From Candidatus Saccharimonadota bacterium (GTDB taxonomy: Bacteria > Patescibacteriota > Gracilibacteria > UBA4473): a stretch of 32,000 bases of DNA. Made by a program: the position numbers and the translations under genes. The DNA lies in assembly GCA_963677105.1 (NCBI GenBank), contig OY781871.1, positions 480,001 through 512,000 of the forward strand. Direction: 5' to 3'. The notes below the pieces were generated by a model. That model saw only the letters and a program-made list of their open reading frames with translations. It was not told where the DNA came from and made no database searches. This document shows positions 23,425-31,668 of the stretch, one piece after another (the stretch's first letter is position 1; every line of letters begins with the position of its first letter).

Positions 23425-24894
23425 TTATCCCTCCTCCGCTCGCTGAAACAAAATCCCTGCTTCCCCGACCCTTTTCTCGTCACCAATCATCTTCCACATT
23501 TTTGGTGCCGTTTCTGGCAAAAGAATTTCTGACATCTTAGCAATTGTTTTTAGATGAAATAAAAGTCGTGCAAAAACCTGCGTTGCCCCTTTTGGATCAG
23601 TTTTAAATAATTTCCATGGCTCTTTCTCGTTTAGCAGTAAATTTGCTTTACTCGCCTCATAAAACATCTCCTCAATTGCTGAACGCAAAGATTTGTCCTC
23701 CATATATTGATTGAAAAGAACTAAGTCGTTTTGAACATCTTGCTTCTCTCTTACCATAGTTACCCACTCTTCATTTTCGGGATTCATTGGTGCCCATTCT
23801 GGAGTTTGCCCGTCTAAAAATTTATGAATCAAAACGATTACTCTATTAAAAAGATTCCCAATTCCTCCTGCTAATTTCTTGTTATACAAATCGTGAAATT
23901 GTTCTTGTGAAAAATCTCCATCATTCCCAAATTCAAATAAAGACAACAAACCAATTCTCACAGCGTCATTCCCATATTTTGTGGCAAGATCGAGTGGAGA
24001 AATCACGTTGCCCAAAGACTTTGACATTTTCTCTCCATCGACCGTGAAAAATCCATGAGCGAATTCTTCTGTTGGCGTTTCAATTCCCGCAGAAATCAAC
24101 ATCGCTGGCCAAATCACACAATGGAATCGTGTAATATCTTTCCCGAGCAAGTGAAGTGTATTTGACCAAAATTCATCATTGGGACAACCTGTTCGATAAT
24201 TAATCAACGCATCAAACCACACATAAATTTTGTGATTTTCGTCCCAAGGAAGAGGAATTCCAAATTCTGCTCCTTCTCGACTAATAGAAATGTCTTCGAG
24301 TCCTGCTTTTATAAAGGAAATCACTTCGTTACGACGCTTTTCTGGTTCAAGAAGTTTTGGATTCTTCGTGAATAGTTCGAGCAACTGATCTTGATATTTC
24401 GAAAGTCGGAAAAAATAATTTTCTTCTTCTACCGCTTTCGGTGCTTTTTTGTGATCTGGACAATGTCCATTTTCGTCTAAATCAGAGGGTTTTAAAAAAG
24501 TTTCACATCCAGTGCAATAAAGCCCTTCATATTTTCCTTTGTAGATATCTCCTGCTTCATGAATTTTATTCAGAATTGCATGAACTGTTTTGTGGTGCCG
24601 TTTTTCTGTCGTACGAATAAAATCATCAAACTCAATGCCAATGTTTTTCCACGTATTTTTCCAACGAGCAGACATTGATTCCAAATATGGAACAATCTCT
24701 TCTCCAGCTGCGGCAGCCGCATCGACTGTTTTCTGTGAATTCTCATCTGTTCCGGTAAGAAAAAAGACACTTTCTTTTCCCAACTTCTGTCGCCAATATC
24801 GCGCCAATGTGTCAGCTGCCAGGGTACAATACGCATGTCCAATGTGTGGGACATCGTTTACATAATAGATTGGGGTCGTAATAAATTTTTTCAT
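23425..24894 (-). CDS. metG: Methionyl-tRNA synthetase (short form, no C-terminal tRNA-binding domain)
   Basis: 489 aa. HIGH motif PHIGHAY, zinc knuckle CTGCETF...CPDH, and KMSKS motif KMSKSLGN. Confidence 0.95.
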   Translation of the reverse strand: MKKFITTPIYYVNDVPHIGHAYCTLAADTLARYWRQKLGKESVFFLTGTDENSQKTVDAAAAAGEEIVPYLESMSARWKNTWKNIGIEFDDFIRTTEKRHHKTVHAILNKIHEAGDIYKGKYEGLYCTGCETFLKPSDLDENGHCPDHKKAPKAVEEENYFFRLSKYQDQLLELFTKNPKLLEPEKRRNEVISFIKAGLEDISISREGAEFGIPLPWDENHKIYVWFDALINYRTGCPNDEFWSNTLHLLGKDITRFHCVIWPAMLISAGIETPTEEFAHGFFTVDGEKMSKSLGNVISPLDLATKYGNDAVRIGLLSLFEFGNDGDFSQEQFHDLYNKKLAGGIGNLFNRVIVLIHKFLDGQTPEWAPMNPENEEWVTMVREKQDVQNDLVLFNQYMEDKSLRSAIEEMFYEASKANLLLNEKEPWKLFKTDPKGATQVFARLLFHLKTIAKMSEILLPETAPKMWKMIGDEKRVGEAGILFQRAEEG

Positions 24895-24908
24895 CTACAT
24901 TTGATATT

Positions 24909-24930
24909 AAAAATCCGGTCGATGACCGGA
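24909..24930 (-). terminator. Intrinsic-terminator-like hairpin 14 nt upstream of the metG start (candidate attenuator)
   Basis: On the minus-strand RNA: UCCGGUC (24930-24924), loop AUC, GACCGGA (24920-24914), then UUUUU (24913-24909). An upstream GGUCGGA (24955-24949) can pair with the 5' arm instead, forming 5 Watson-Crick and 2 G.U pairs. Confidence 0.55.
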
Positions 24931-25113
24931 AAGAGCAACTCATGCGCATCCGACCACTGAATTAACAGAAGAACATCATCATTGGTACTCGCGCCATGCA
25001 TTTCATCGCTCGTAGTCTGACTTATACAAAATATCGTGTCAACTTTTTGGCTCGCCATTATTGTGAATTTCTTATAACAAAGAACCTTTTATGTTTTTGT
25101 AATTTGTTCTTTG

Positions 25114-25794
25114 CTATCTCCCCTTTGGGGCGTCAGCGACAAGCATATAGCCATGTCCACGAACGGTTTGTAACATTTTTGCGTCTTTCTCGAGTTTTGA
25201 ACGAATTGATCGCATATAAACATCGATTACATTTGATTGCGCGCCGATAATATCGCCCCAAACCTGCTCGCTTAAATCTGTGCGAGAAAGCACCACATTT
25301 TTGTGAGATAAAAATGCAAACAGCAACTGAAATTCTCGTCGAGATAGCGTTAATAGTTTTTGACGCAAACGAACTTCTTTTTTTTCGATGTCCATGACGA
25401 GCGGTCCACACGCAAGAATATTGTGTTTTTTCTCTAAACGACGACGCATCAATGCTCGAACGCGAGCGATAAATTCTGCGATTGAAAAATTCTTAACTAA
25501 ATAATCATCTGCGCCGATGTCTAGACCTCGCACACGATCTTCAACTCTTCCATATGAGGAAACTATTAAAACTAACGACGTATTTCCTCCGGCCCTTAGT
25601 CTGCGGAGAAGCTCTAATCCTGAAATTCCGGGCAAACCAATATCTAGAACAATTAAGTCGAATTTTTGTTCTCGAGCGACATTGAGCGCGTCCTCTGCTG
25701 TATGAACAACTACGCATTCAAATTTTTCCCCATAGAGCGCTTGCTCAAACAAACGAGCCATGTGTCGATCGTCATCGATAATGAGACATCTCAT
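25114..25794 (-). CDS. OmpR/PhoB-family response regulator (no cognate kinase in the window)
   Basis: 226 aa. Receiver domain MRCLIIDDD...DLIVLDIGLPGISG. Winged-helix output domain LTLSRREFQLLFAFL...VDVYMRSIRSKL...VRGHGYML. Confidence 0.9.
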   Translation of the reverse strand: MRCLIIDDDRHMARLFEQALYGEKFECVVVHTAEDALNVAREQKFDLIVLDIGLPGISGLELLRRLRAGGNTSLVLIVSSYGRVEDRVRGLDIGADDYLVKNFSIAEFIARVRALMRRRLEKKHNILACGPLVMDIEKKEVRLRQKLLTLSRREFQLLFAFLSHKNVVLSRTDLSEQVWGDIIGAQSNVIDVYMRSIRSKLEKDAKMLQTVRGHGYMLVADAPKGR

Positions 25795-25905
25795 GAAGTT
25801 ATTATTTTATTTGAATTCTGAATCGTCGCTACAATTGTTAGAATAACACGCATACATTAAATTTTAATGAAGAAATATTATAAAATTATAGAAAAGGGGA
25901 AAAAC

Positions 25906-25934
25906 TTGCTGATACTTCAAGAAGAAATTATCAT
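25906..25934 (+). promoter_or_regulatory. Sigma70-like promoter, near-leaderless geometry, for the membrane-protein/zinc-ribbon pair
   Basis: TTGCTG (25906-25911), 17-nt spacer, TATCAT (25929-25934), then 9 nt to ATG 25944. Confidence 0.45.
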
Positions 25935-25943
25935 TAAAGGAGC

Positions 25944-26495
25944 ATGAAATCACGACCATCGCACTCAAATAAAATTGATCTGGTTCCTCTTTCACAAAAC
26001 CTAAGAAAACTTGCCTTTGAGGACAAAGTTGCTCTCGGAGCACACGTCGGAACCGTGATCGCCTGTTTTCTTCCGTGGGTTTCTACCACAACTCTCTACG
26101 GTCCGACCAATTTTATAAACGCATTCACTGGAGTCTCTTGGCTCATTGGATCGCTCGTGTTCATCCTTTCTCTTTTGGCGACAACTTCGTTTATTAATGA
26201 GTTGTTTGAAAAAAAACTTCCCCATATAAACATTCCCCGTACAACAATTATCGGTGTTGCAAGTATTCAGTCTTTACTGTTGCAACTATGTGCTTGGTCT
26301 GTTCTTCGTTCTACAGGAAACGCTGATATCGAATTTCGATTTGGACTTGTCGCCTGCGTATTATTGCAAATTGTTGCACTCGTTGCAGCATGGCTCCGTG
26401 CTCGTTCTTCAAAAAAAGAAGCTGTAAATAAATTTTTTCAGTTGCCAACTCAAGGAAAATCTGGAGAATCAACGACGAACCACAATACAATATGA
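25944..26495 (+). CDS. Hypothetical integral membrane protein (about 4 TM)
   Basis: 183 aa with four hydrophobic segments. No motif recognised. ATGA overlap with the next ORF. Confidence 0.6.
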   Translation: MKSRPSHSNKIDLVPLSQNLRKLAFEDKVALGAHVGTVIACFLPWVSTTTLYGPTNFINAFTGVSWLIGSLVFILSLLATTSFINELFEKKLPHINIPRTTIIGVASIQSLLLQLCAWSVLRSTGNADIEFRFGLVACVLLQIVALVAAWLRARSSKKEAVNKFFQLPTQGKSGESTTNHNTI

Positions 26496-26836
26496 GCGAT
26501 TCAGATTCATTCCTTCATGAAGCACAGCAAGCGGGACGCGCCAGTGAAAAAGTAGAAATTAACGACCTTGATTCTGCTATTAATGCTATCACGCATATTC
26601 TGAATGAAGATGCTGCAGAACAATATCGAAAAACCGAAGAAGATACTTGGCCACGTGCTACAATGACTGTCTATTGTCACGATTGTCGAACCATTGTTCC
26701 TGCGGGAATCGGGAAAACTCTTCGGGGAAACGCTCGAACTGTTTGTGGAAATTGTCACAGCAAAAAAATATCTATGGGAAGAGAAGATGCTCTTCGAACC
26801 TTTTATCATCTTGAAAAACAAGAAGAAAAGAAATAA
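26492..26836 (+). CDS. Hypothetical zinc-ribbon protein
   Basis: 114 aa with CHDC...CGNC (two CxxC pairs 25 residues apart) and acidic N- and C-termini. Translationally coupled (ATGA) to the upstream membrane protein. Confidence 0.6.
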   Translation: MSDSDSFLHEAQQAGRASEKVEINDLDSAINAITHILNEDAAEQYRKTEEDTWPRATMTVYCHDCRTIVPAGIGKTLRGNARTVCGNCHSKKISMGREDALRTFYHLEKQEEKK

Positions 26837-26904
26837 TTTCTCAAGAAATACATACACTTTTTTATCGCAATATAAAAGGATTTTTTAGATTATTAAAAAA
26901 AGTT

Positions 26905-26933
26905 TTGACACAAGTGTATGTTCTGTGTATGCT
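26905..26933 (+). promoter_or_regulatory. Sigma70-like promoter of lexA, near-leaderless, overlapped by repeats
   Basis: TTGACA (26905-26910), 17-nt spacer, TATGCT (26928-26933), then 9 nt to ATG 26943. The spacer contains GTGTATG-N4-GTGTATG. Confidence 0.5.
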
Positions 26934-26942
26934 TTCGTGTGC

Positions 26943-27572
26943 ATGGACAAATACACACAATTGTTAACAGTTAAAGAGAGCGAAGCACTACATGAAGTAA
27001 AACACGCTATTCGTCTCTTTGGAAGATTTCCTTCTGTGCGAGAACTCATGATTGCAATGGGATATCGATCGCCTCGTTCTGCTGCCGTCTTGTTGGAAAG
27101 ACTTGAAAAAAAGGGTTTTTTGAGACGCGACAAACTCCAACGTCTTTGTATCGCGCCAGAAACGAAAGAAGACACTTCTTCTGCAGATACAGTTGACGTT
27201 CCTTTGATTGGGGCTGCTCACTGTGGGACTCCTGACTGGGCAGAACAGAATATTGAAAATTATGTAAAGGTAAGCACTCGTCTTGCTCCGCGAGACCGAC
27301 AACACTTTTTTCTACGTGCAGTAGGAGACTCCATGAATGAGGCACAAATAGACCCAGGAGACCTTGTTCTCGTCCGAGCACAAAACACGGCAAATAATGG
27401 TGATCGTGTTGTGGCACTTATTGATGACGAAGCAACTATCAAAGAATTTCAGAAAAGAGGAGACGTTGTCGTTCTGCAACCACGATCCAACAATCCTTCT
27501 CACCAGCCGATTATTGTTACCGAAGCGCTCCAAATACAAGGCGTTGTCGTAACAGCTATTCCAACATCATAA
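26943..27572 (+). CDS. lexA: LexA-type SOS repressor (S24 peptidase)
   Basis: The GTG start in the ORF track (26925) is trimmed to ATG 26943. N-terminal wHTH SVRELMIAMGYRSPRSAAVLLERLEKKGFL, cleavage-region PLIGAAHCGTP, catalytic Ser in VGDSM, and Lys in ATIKEF. Confidence 0.85.
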   Translation: MDKYTQLLTVKESEALHEVKHAIRLFGRFPSVRELMIAMGYRSPRSAAVLLERLEKKGFLRRDKLQRLCIAPETKEDTSSADTVDVPLIGAAHCGTPDWAEQNIENYVKVSTRLAPRDRQHFFLRAVGDSMNEAQIDPGDLVLVRAQNTANNGDRVVALIDDEATIKEFQKRGDVVVLQPRSNNPSHQPIIVTEALQIQGVVVTAIPTS

Positions 27573-27822
27573 CATTTTAAAACACACATATACATGCGGC
27601 TCTACACACCAATCACCAGAGACATACGAACGGAAAGATCTCCAAAAAACGATCCAATTCTTCCAAAAAGCTTTTATGGGAATCAATACGAAATGACGTT
27701 TGATGTTCAAGCCGATTCTCATCTCCGTTCTTTATTAAAAAGGGAAAATAAGTCCTCCCTCTGTGAATTCATAAACAGTTAATAGGACATCCTACTTTTG
27801 TAATTTTTAAAACTCACACACA

Positions 27823-28827
27823 ATGGCAACAACAGATCCCAAAAAGGCGGCACTTCAGGCCGCTCTCACACAAATTGAAAAAAACTTTGGAAAAGGAGCG
27901 GTAATGCGAATGGGAGACCATGATCGACCAAAGATAGAAACCGTTAGTTCTGGTGCAACATCTATCGATATTGCGCTCGGTGGGGGATGGCCCAAAGGAC
28001 GTGTTGTAGAAATCTACGGACCAGAAAGTTCAGGAAAAACTACTCTCTGTCTCCATGCCGCAGCTGAATTTCAAAAACAAGGTGGAACTGTTGCCTTTGT
28101 AGACGCAGAACACGCTCTCGATCCATCATATGCTGAAAAGGTTGGCGTTAAAATCGATGACCTTCTTCTTTCTCAGCCCGATTCAGGGGAACAGGCTCTG
28201 GAAATCGTTGAGGCTCTTGTACGATCTGGTGGAGTTGATCTAATTATTGTAGATTCTGTTGCCGCTCTCACGCCAAGGGCTGAAATTGAAGGTGCTATGG
28301 GAGACGCTCAAATGGGACTTCATGCTCGACTGATGAGTCAGGCCCTGAGAAAACTCACTGGAGTGACAAGCAAAACAAACACCACCATAATTTTTATAAA
28401 TCAAATCCGTATGAAGATCGGTGTTATGTTTGGGAACCCCGAGACAACAACGGGAGGAAACGCCTTGAAATTTTATTCGTCGCTCCGAGTGGAAGTAAGA
28501 AAAGGAGGAAAACTGGAGTCGGGAACTGGTGATGAAAAAGAAGCTCACGGAAATGCGATGCGCGTCAAGGTCGTGAAAAATAAGGTCGCACCACCTTTCC
28601 GCACGGCAACCGTAGACATCATGTTTAATGAAGGAATCTCTAAGCTCTCAGACCTTCTCGAGACAGCTGTGAGATATGAAGTTATTGAAAAAGCTGGGGC
28701 ATTTTACTCTTTTAAAGAAATAAAACTTGGGCAAGGAAAACTGAAAGCGATGGATTTCCTAAAGACGAATCCAAAAGTAGCGAAAGAGATTGATATGTTA
28801 TTGCGGAAAAAATTCGAAAAGAAATAA
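27823..28827 (+). CDS. recA: Recombinase RecA
   Basis: 334 aa. [18 protein letters not shown], Walker [25 protein letters not shown], and [32 protein letters not shown]. Confidence 0.98.
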   Translation: MATTDPKKAALQAALTQIEKNFGKGAVMRMGDHDRPKIETVSSGATSIDIALGGGWPKGRVVEIYGPESSGKTTLCLHAAAEFQKQGGTVAFVDAEHALDPSYAEKVGVKIDDLLLSQPDSGEQALEIVEALVRSGGVDLIIVDSVAALTPRAEIEGAMGDAQMGLHARLMSQALRKLTGVTSKTNTTIIFINQIRMKIGVMFGNPETTTGGNALKFYSSLRVEVRKGGKLESGTGDEKEAHGNAMRVKVVKNKVAPPFRTATVDIMFNEGISKLSDLLETAVRYEVIEKAGAFYSFKEIKLGQGKLKAMDFLKTNPKVAKEIDMLLRKKFEKK

Positions 28828-28844
28828 AGCTAAATATTCTAAAG

Positions 28845-28872
28845 AATCCCTCGTTTTACCGAGGGATTTTTT
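28845..28872. terminator. Rho-independent terminator between convergent recA and the dCMP-deaminase-like gene
   Basis: AATCCCTCG (28845-28853), loop TTTTAC, CGAGGGATT (28860-28868), then a T-run. It is better oriented for recA. Confidence 0.8.
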
Positions 28873-29341
28873 ATTTACTTTTCCCAAACAATACGTCCGC
28901 CCCTTCTACAAGAAAAACTTTCTCTATTCCTGCGTCAATCATTTTCTCCCAACAGCTTTCACAACACCACCAGTGTCCCCATAAATACAATTCTGCTCCT
29001 TTGGGATTAGCGCCTCTTCTAAGAACATCTCGAAGGGCCGTTTGTTCCGCATGAAATTTTGGAGAACATCCTGGACAAGACCAATACATTTTCCCGGATG
29101 GGACTAGGAAAAGGTTGCGTAATCCTTTTCTTACACACCCTAAATGTTTATGAAACCATGAAACATTCGCGCCCTTCCCTATTATTTTCCCTTCTTTTAC
29201 CACAACGGCACCGGTCGAATGTTTTACGTCTGTCGAATATTTCTTCGCAACTTCCTCGGCAAGACGCATGAATTCGTTTTCTCTGGGAACATAAAAAACT
29301 TCCCATCCGATAGGAATATATGGCAGTGTTTCCTTTTTCAT
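28871..29341 (-). CDS. Cytidine/deoxycytidylate deaminase family protein (dCMP-deaminase-like)
   Basis: 156 aa. Zinc motifs FHAEQTAL (HAE) and WWCCESC (the CxxC equivalent of PCxxC), plus an extra CPGC in an insert before HAE, as in ComEB/T4-type dCMP deaminases. TAATG overlap with the upstream Dcd-like gene. Confidence 0.75.
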   Translation of the reverse strand: MKKETLPYIPIGWEVFYVPRENEFMRLAEEVAKKYSTDVKHSTGAVVVKEGKIIGKGANVSWFHKHLGCVRKGLRNLFLVPSGKMYWSCPGCSPKFHAEQTALRDVLRRGANPKGAELYLWGHWWCCESCWEKMIDAGIEKVFLVEGADVLFGKSK

Positions 29342-29988
29342 TATTTCAGCTTTTTTAATACATCAAGATTTCCGGTACGTATTAATTCTAATTCTTCTTC
29401 CGCATCACACTTACTTGTAAGTTCTGCTGAGGTCGCTCCCTCATACTTTGCAGCTTGCGCTCCATGACGCTGTGCTTCATCTTTTTGCACATCACTTGCA
29501 AGTCGCTGAAAAACAATTTGACAAACTCTTTCTCCCGGGTAAATACGGATGATTTGCGACGTTGTTTTATTCAAAATTGGAATCATCAAATGTCCTGAAT
29601 AATGGACGTCTACAATCCCCGTTAAATCGACTGAAAGCCCTCGACGATTTACTGAACTTCGTGGATACAAAACTCCCATAATGTCATCTGCCCGGAGAGA
29701 AACTTTTTCAAGCGTACTTGCTATAACCGATTCACCTGGAGCTAGCTCAAAGAATTGCCCTGACTCTAAATCTATTTTCTCATAATTATCTGCCGTACAA
29801 TGAGTAACGTCCACTGTTAAAACTTCTCTCCCTCTATCTGAAATTTTCCATATTTTTGGCAAATAGAATGTCGTCCCAAGTCGCAAATCAACCGCGTGTG
29901 GTTGATCTTGGTATTTATCAAGTGCTGGTTCAAAAATTAATTTTTCCTCAGCTATCAATGTTCCGATTTCGTGTCGCGTAAGAATCAT
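29341..29988 (-). CDS. dCTP deaminase / dUTPase superfamily protein (Dcd-like, non-canonical active site)
   Basis: 215 aa. Collinear with E. coli Dcd (AVDLRLG, PGESVIASTLEKVSL, PRSSVNRRGL, C-terminal AAKYEG). The catalytic-Glu segment reads VDVHYSGHLMIPILN. ATGA overlap with the upstream DHFR-like gene. Confidence 0.8.
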   Translation of the reverse strand: MILTRHEIGTLIAEEKLIFEPALDKYQDQPHAVDLRLGTTFYLPKIWKISDRGREVLTVDVTHCTADNYEKIDLESGQFFELAPGESVIASTLEKVSLRADDIMGVLYPRSSVNRRGLSVDLTGIVDVHYSGHLMIPILNKTTSQIIRIYPGERVCQIVFQRLASDVQKDEAQRHGAQAAKYEGATSAELTSKCDAEEELELIRTGNLDVLKKLK

Positions 29989-30491
29989 TTTAAAACCTTA
30001 TACCAAAGTGCCAGCGTATTTTCCCCAATTTTTTCAAATTTATCAAGCTCCAGTTCCAATTCTGTGTCATCGCTGAAAACGCCCATTCCCGAGCCAAAAA
30101 CAATCGGCGAAACTGTAACGATAACTTCGTCTATTAATTTTTCTTTTGCAAACAACGTATTAATTGTTGTTCCTCCAGCAACAATCGGATTCTCAAATCC
30201 GAGAGAATTCAGTTTGTCCAAAATTTCTGTTGGAGACAAAGAAGTGAAAATTAAATTTTCTTCTCGTTGCTCCCATTCTCCGGCACTTCGTGATAGAACA
30301 ACTGAAAGCCTTCCTGGCAAAACTCCTGGTAATGTATCAAATGTTGTTCTTCCAAAAATCATAACACCTGACTCTTTTGTTCGACTGCAAAAGAATTTTT
30401 TATCAGCGCTTTCGGTCCAATTGGGAAAATGATTCGCGTCTTTTGCGATTCTCCCATCCAGTGTTTGAGCCATTAATAAAGAAACTTTCAT
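29985..30491 (-). CDS. Dihydrofolate reductase superfamily protein (RibD C-terminal-domain type)
   Basis: The ORF-track start 30539 is trimmed to ATG 30491 (MKVSLLMAQTLDGRIA...), which has a leaderless promoter. Motifs SLDG-like TLDGRI, MIFGRTTFDTLPGVLPGRLSVVLS, IVAGGTTI and VSPIVFGSGMGVF. Confidence 0.7.
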   Translation of the reverse strand: MKVSLLMAQTLDGRIAKDANHFPNWTESADKKFFCSRTKESGVMIFGRTTFDTLPGVLPGRLSVVLSRSAGEWEQREENLIFTSLSPTEILDKLNSLGFENPIVAGGTTINTLFAKEKLIDEVIVTVSPIVFGSGMGVFSDDTELELELDKFEKIGENTLALWYKVLK

Positions 30492-30498
30492 TAGCTGC

Positions 30499-30527
30499 AG
30501 AGTAGCAGAAAATTTGATTTTCTTCAA
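30499..30527 (-). promoter_or_regulatory. Sigma70-like promoter, leaderless geometry, for the DHFR-like/Dcd-like/deaminase operon
   Basis: On the minus strand: TTGAAG (30527-30522), 17-nt spacer, TACTCT (30504-30499), then 7 nt to ATG 30491. Confidence 0.5.
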
Positions 30528-30549
30528 AAATTTTGGCACGGTATCTCTA

Positions 30550-31425
30550 ATGAAAAATGTCTCTCCGGAATTGCGGTCAAAATTATTGCACTTTCAGCAA
30601 AGTGAACGGACAGAGGCTATTGTTTATAGGAGCTTGGCAAAGCAATGTAAGAATGAAAAAAATTGTAGAATTCTCAATCAAATTGCTGATGATGAATTAC
30701 GACATGCTGAATTTTGGAGAGCGGTGACAGACGGAGAACGCATAAAAGGAAATGTCTTTCGTGCTCGCTGGTGGAGCTTTGTTGCTCGCATTTTGGGAAT
30801 CACATTCGGATTACGATTGATGGAACGAGGCGAGGGGAATGCACAAAAAGTCTATGCGAGAGTCGAAAAATATGTTCCAAATGTCAATACTGTTATTGCC
30901 GATGAAGAAGCTCATGAACAGAAACTTATTGATGTTCTCGATGAAAAAAAATTAGAGTATGTGGGTTCTATTGTTCTTGGTTTAAACGATGCTCTCGTTG
31001 AATTGACAGGAGCTCTCGCTGGATTTTCTTTCGCGATTCAAAACACAAAAACCATTGCTCTTTTGGGGGTTATTACTGGAATTGCCGCAACCCTCTCCAT
31101 GGCTGCAAGTGAATATTTATCCAATCGAGCCGACGACAGTGGAAACGCACTAACTGCTTCTCTTTATACTGGAATCGCCTATTTGATAACGGTTATTCTT
31201 TTAGTAGTTCCGTATTTTATTTTCAACAACTATCTTCACGCTCTTGGAACAATGCTCGGAATAGTTGTGTTTGTAATTGCAGCATTTACTTTCTATCTTT
31301 CGGTGGCGAAAAATGAAAAATTCTGGCACCGTTTTGGTGAGATGACTTTAATTAGTGTTGGTGTTGCCGCATTGTCTTTTGGAATTGGTGTGGCTGCACG
31401 ATTGGGATTAGGGTTGGATATTTAA
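30550..31425 (+). CDS. VIT1/CCC1-family iron/manganese transporter with N-terminal ferritin-like domain
   Basis: The ORF-track start 30514 is trimmed to ATG 30550 (MKNVSPEL...). The ferritin-like domain has two E..H motifs (DELRHAEFW, DEEAHEQKL), followed by the VIT1 membrane domain (GLNDALVELTGALAG...SMAASEYLS...). Confidence 0.85.
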   Translation: MKNVSPELRSKLLHFQQSERTEAIVYRSLAKQCKNEKNCRILNQIADDELRHAEFWRAVTDGERIKGNVFRARWWSFVARILGITFGLRLMERGEGNAQKVYARVEKYVPNVNTVIADEEAHEQKLIDVLDEKKLEYVGSIVLGLNDALVELTGALAGFSFAIQNTKTIALLGVITGIAATLSMAASEYLSNRADDSGNALTASLYTGIAYLITVILLVVPYFIFNNYLHALGTMLGIVVFVIAAFTFYLSVAKNEKFWHRFGEMTLISVGVAALSFGIGVAARLGLGLDI

Positions 31426-31658
31426 AAAATCATTCCTACAAGCGAAACCAACGCAATGATTCCCCAAACAATCTGAAGTGCTGAGGCGGCCCACGCTTTT
31501 TTCTTTACAACAGATATTCCAAGAAATAAAGCCCCAAAAAGATTAATAACTGGATATACGATTCCCTCTACTGAAATAAACCCAAATACATTTAAAAAAT
31601 ATCCCAACACGACGAGTGTTGTTCCAACCCAACCGATGATTTCGGAAATTTTATTCAT
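31422..31658 (-). CDS. Small 3-TM membrane protein, co-transcribed downstream of the ThyA-like gene
   Basis: 78 aa with three hydrophobic helices. Its start is 10 nt after the ThyA-like stop. Its stop overlaps the VIT1 stop (shared TTAA). Confidence 0.55.
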   Translation of the reverse strand: MNKISEIIGWVGTTLVVLGYFLNVFGFISVEGIVYPVINLFGALFLGISVVKKKAWAASALQIVWGIIALVSLVGMIF

Positions 31659-31668
31659 TTTTATTTAT

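Noticed and set aside
24945-25000. T-box riboswitch upstream of metG. A plus-strand TTGGTACTCGCG resembles the T-box UGGUACCGCG, and the minus strand has CAGUGGUCGG with a UGGU that would fit discriminator A of tRNA-Met.
   Set aside because: The better T-box-like string is on the wrong strand, with no downstream plus-strand gene. On the correct strand I could not build the A1/A2 antiterminator helices around a 7-nt UGGN bulge or find a Stem I with an AUG specifier loop. I keep only the generic terminator/anti-terminator observation. A covariance-model scan is needed.
27594-27782. 62-aa ORF in the 250-nt region upstream of recA
   Set aside because: It has no promoter-ATG geometry or SD, no motif, and an unremarkable composition. 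It cannot be excluded as a small protein, but there is no positive evidence for it. The region is more likely the recA 5' regulatory region.
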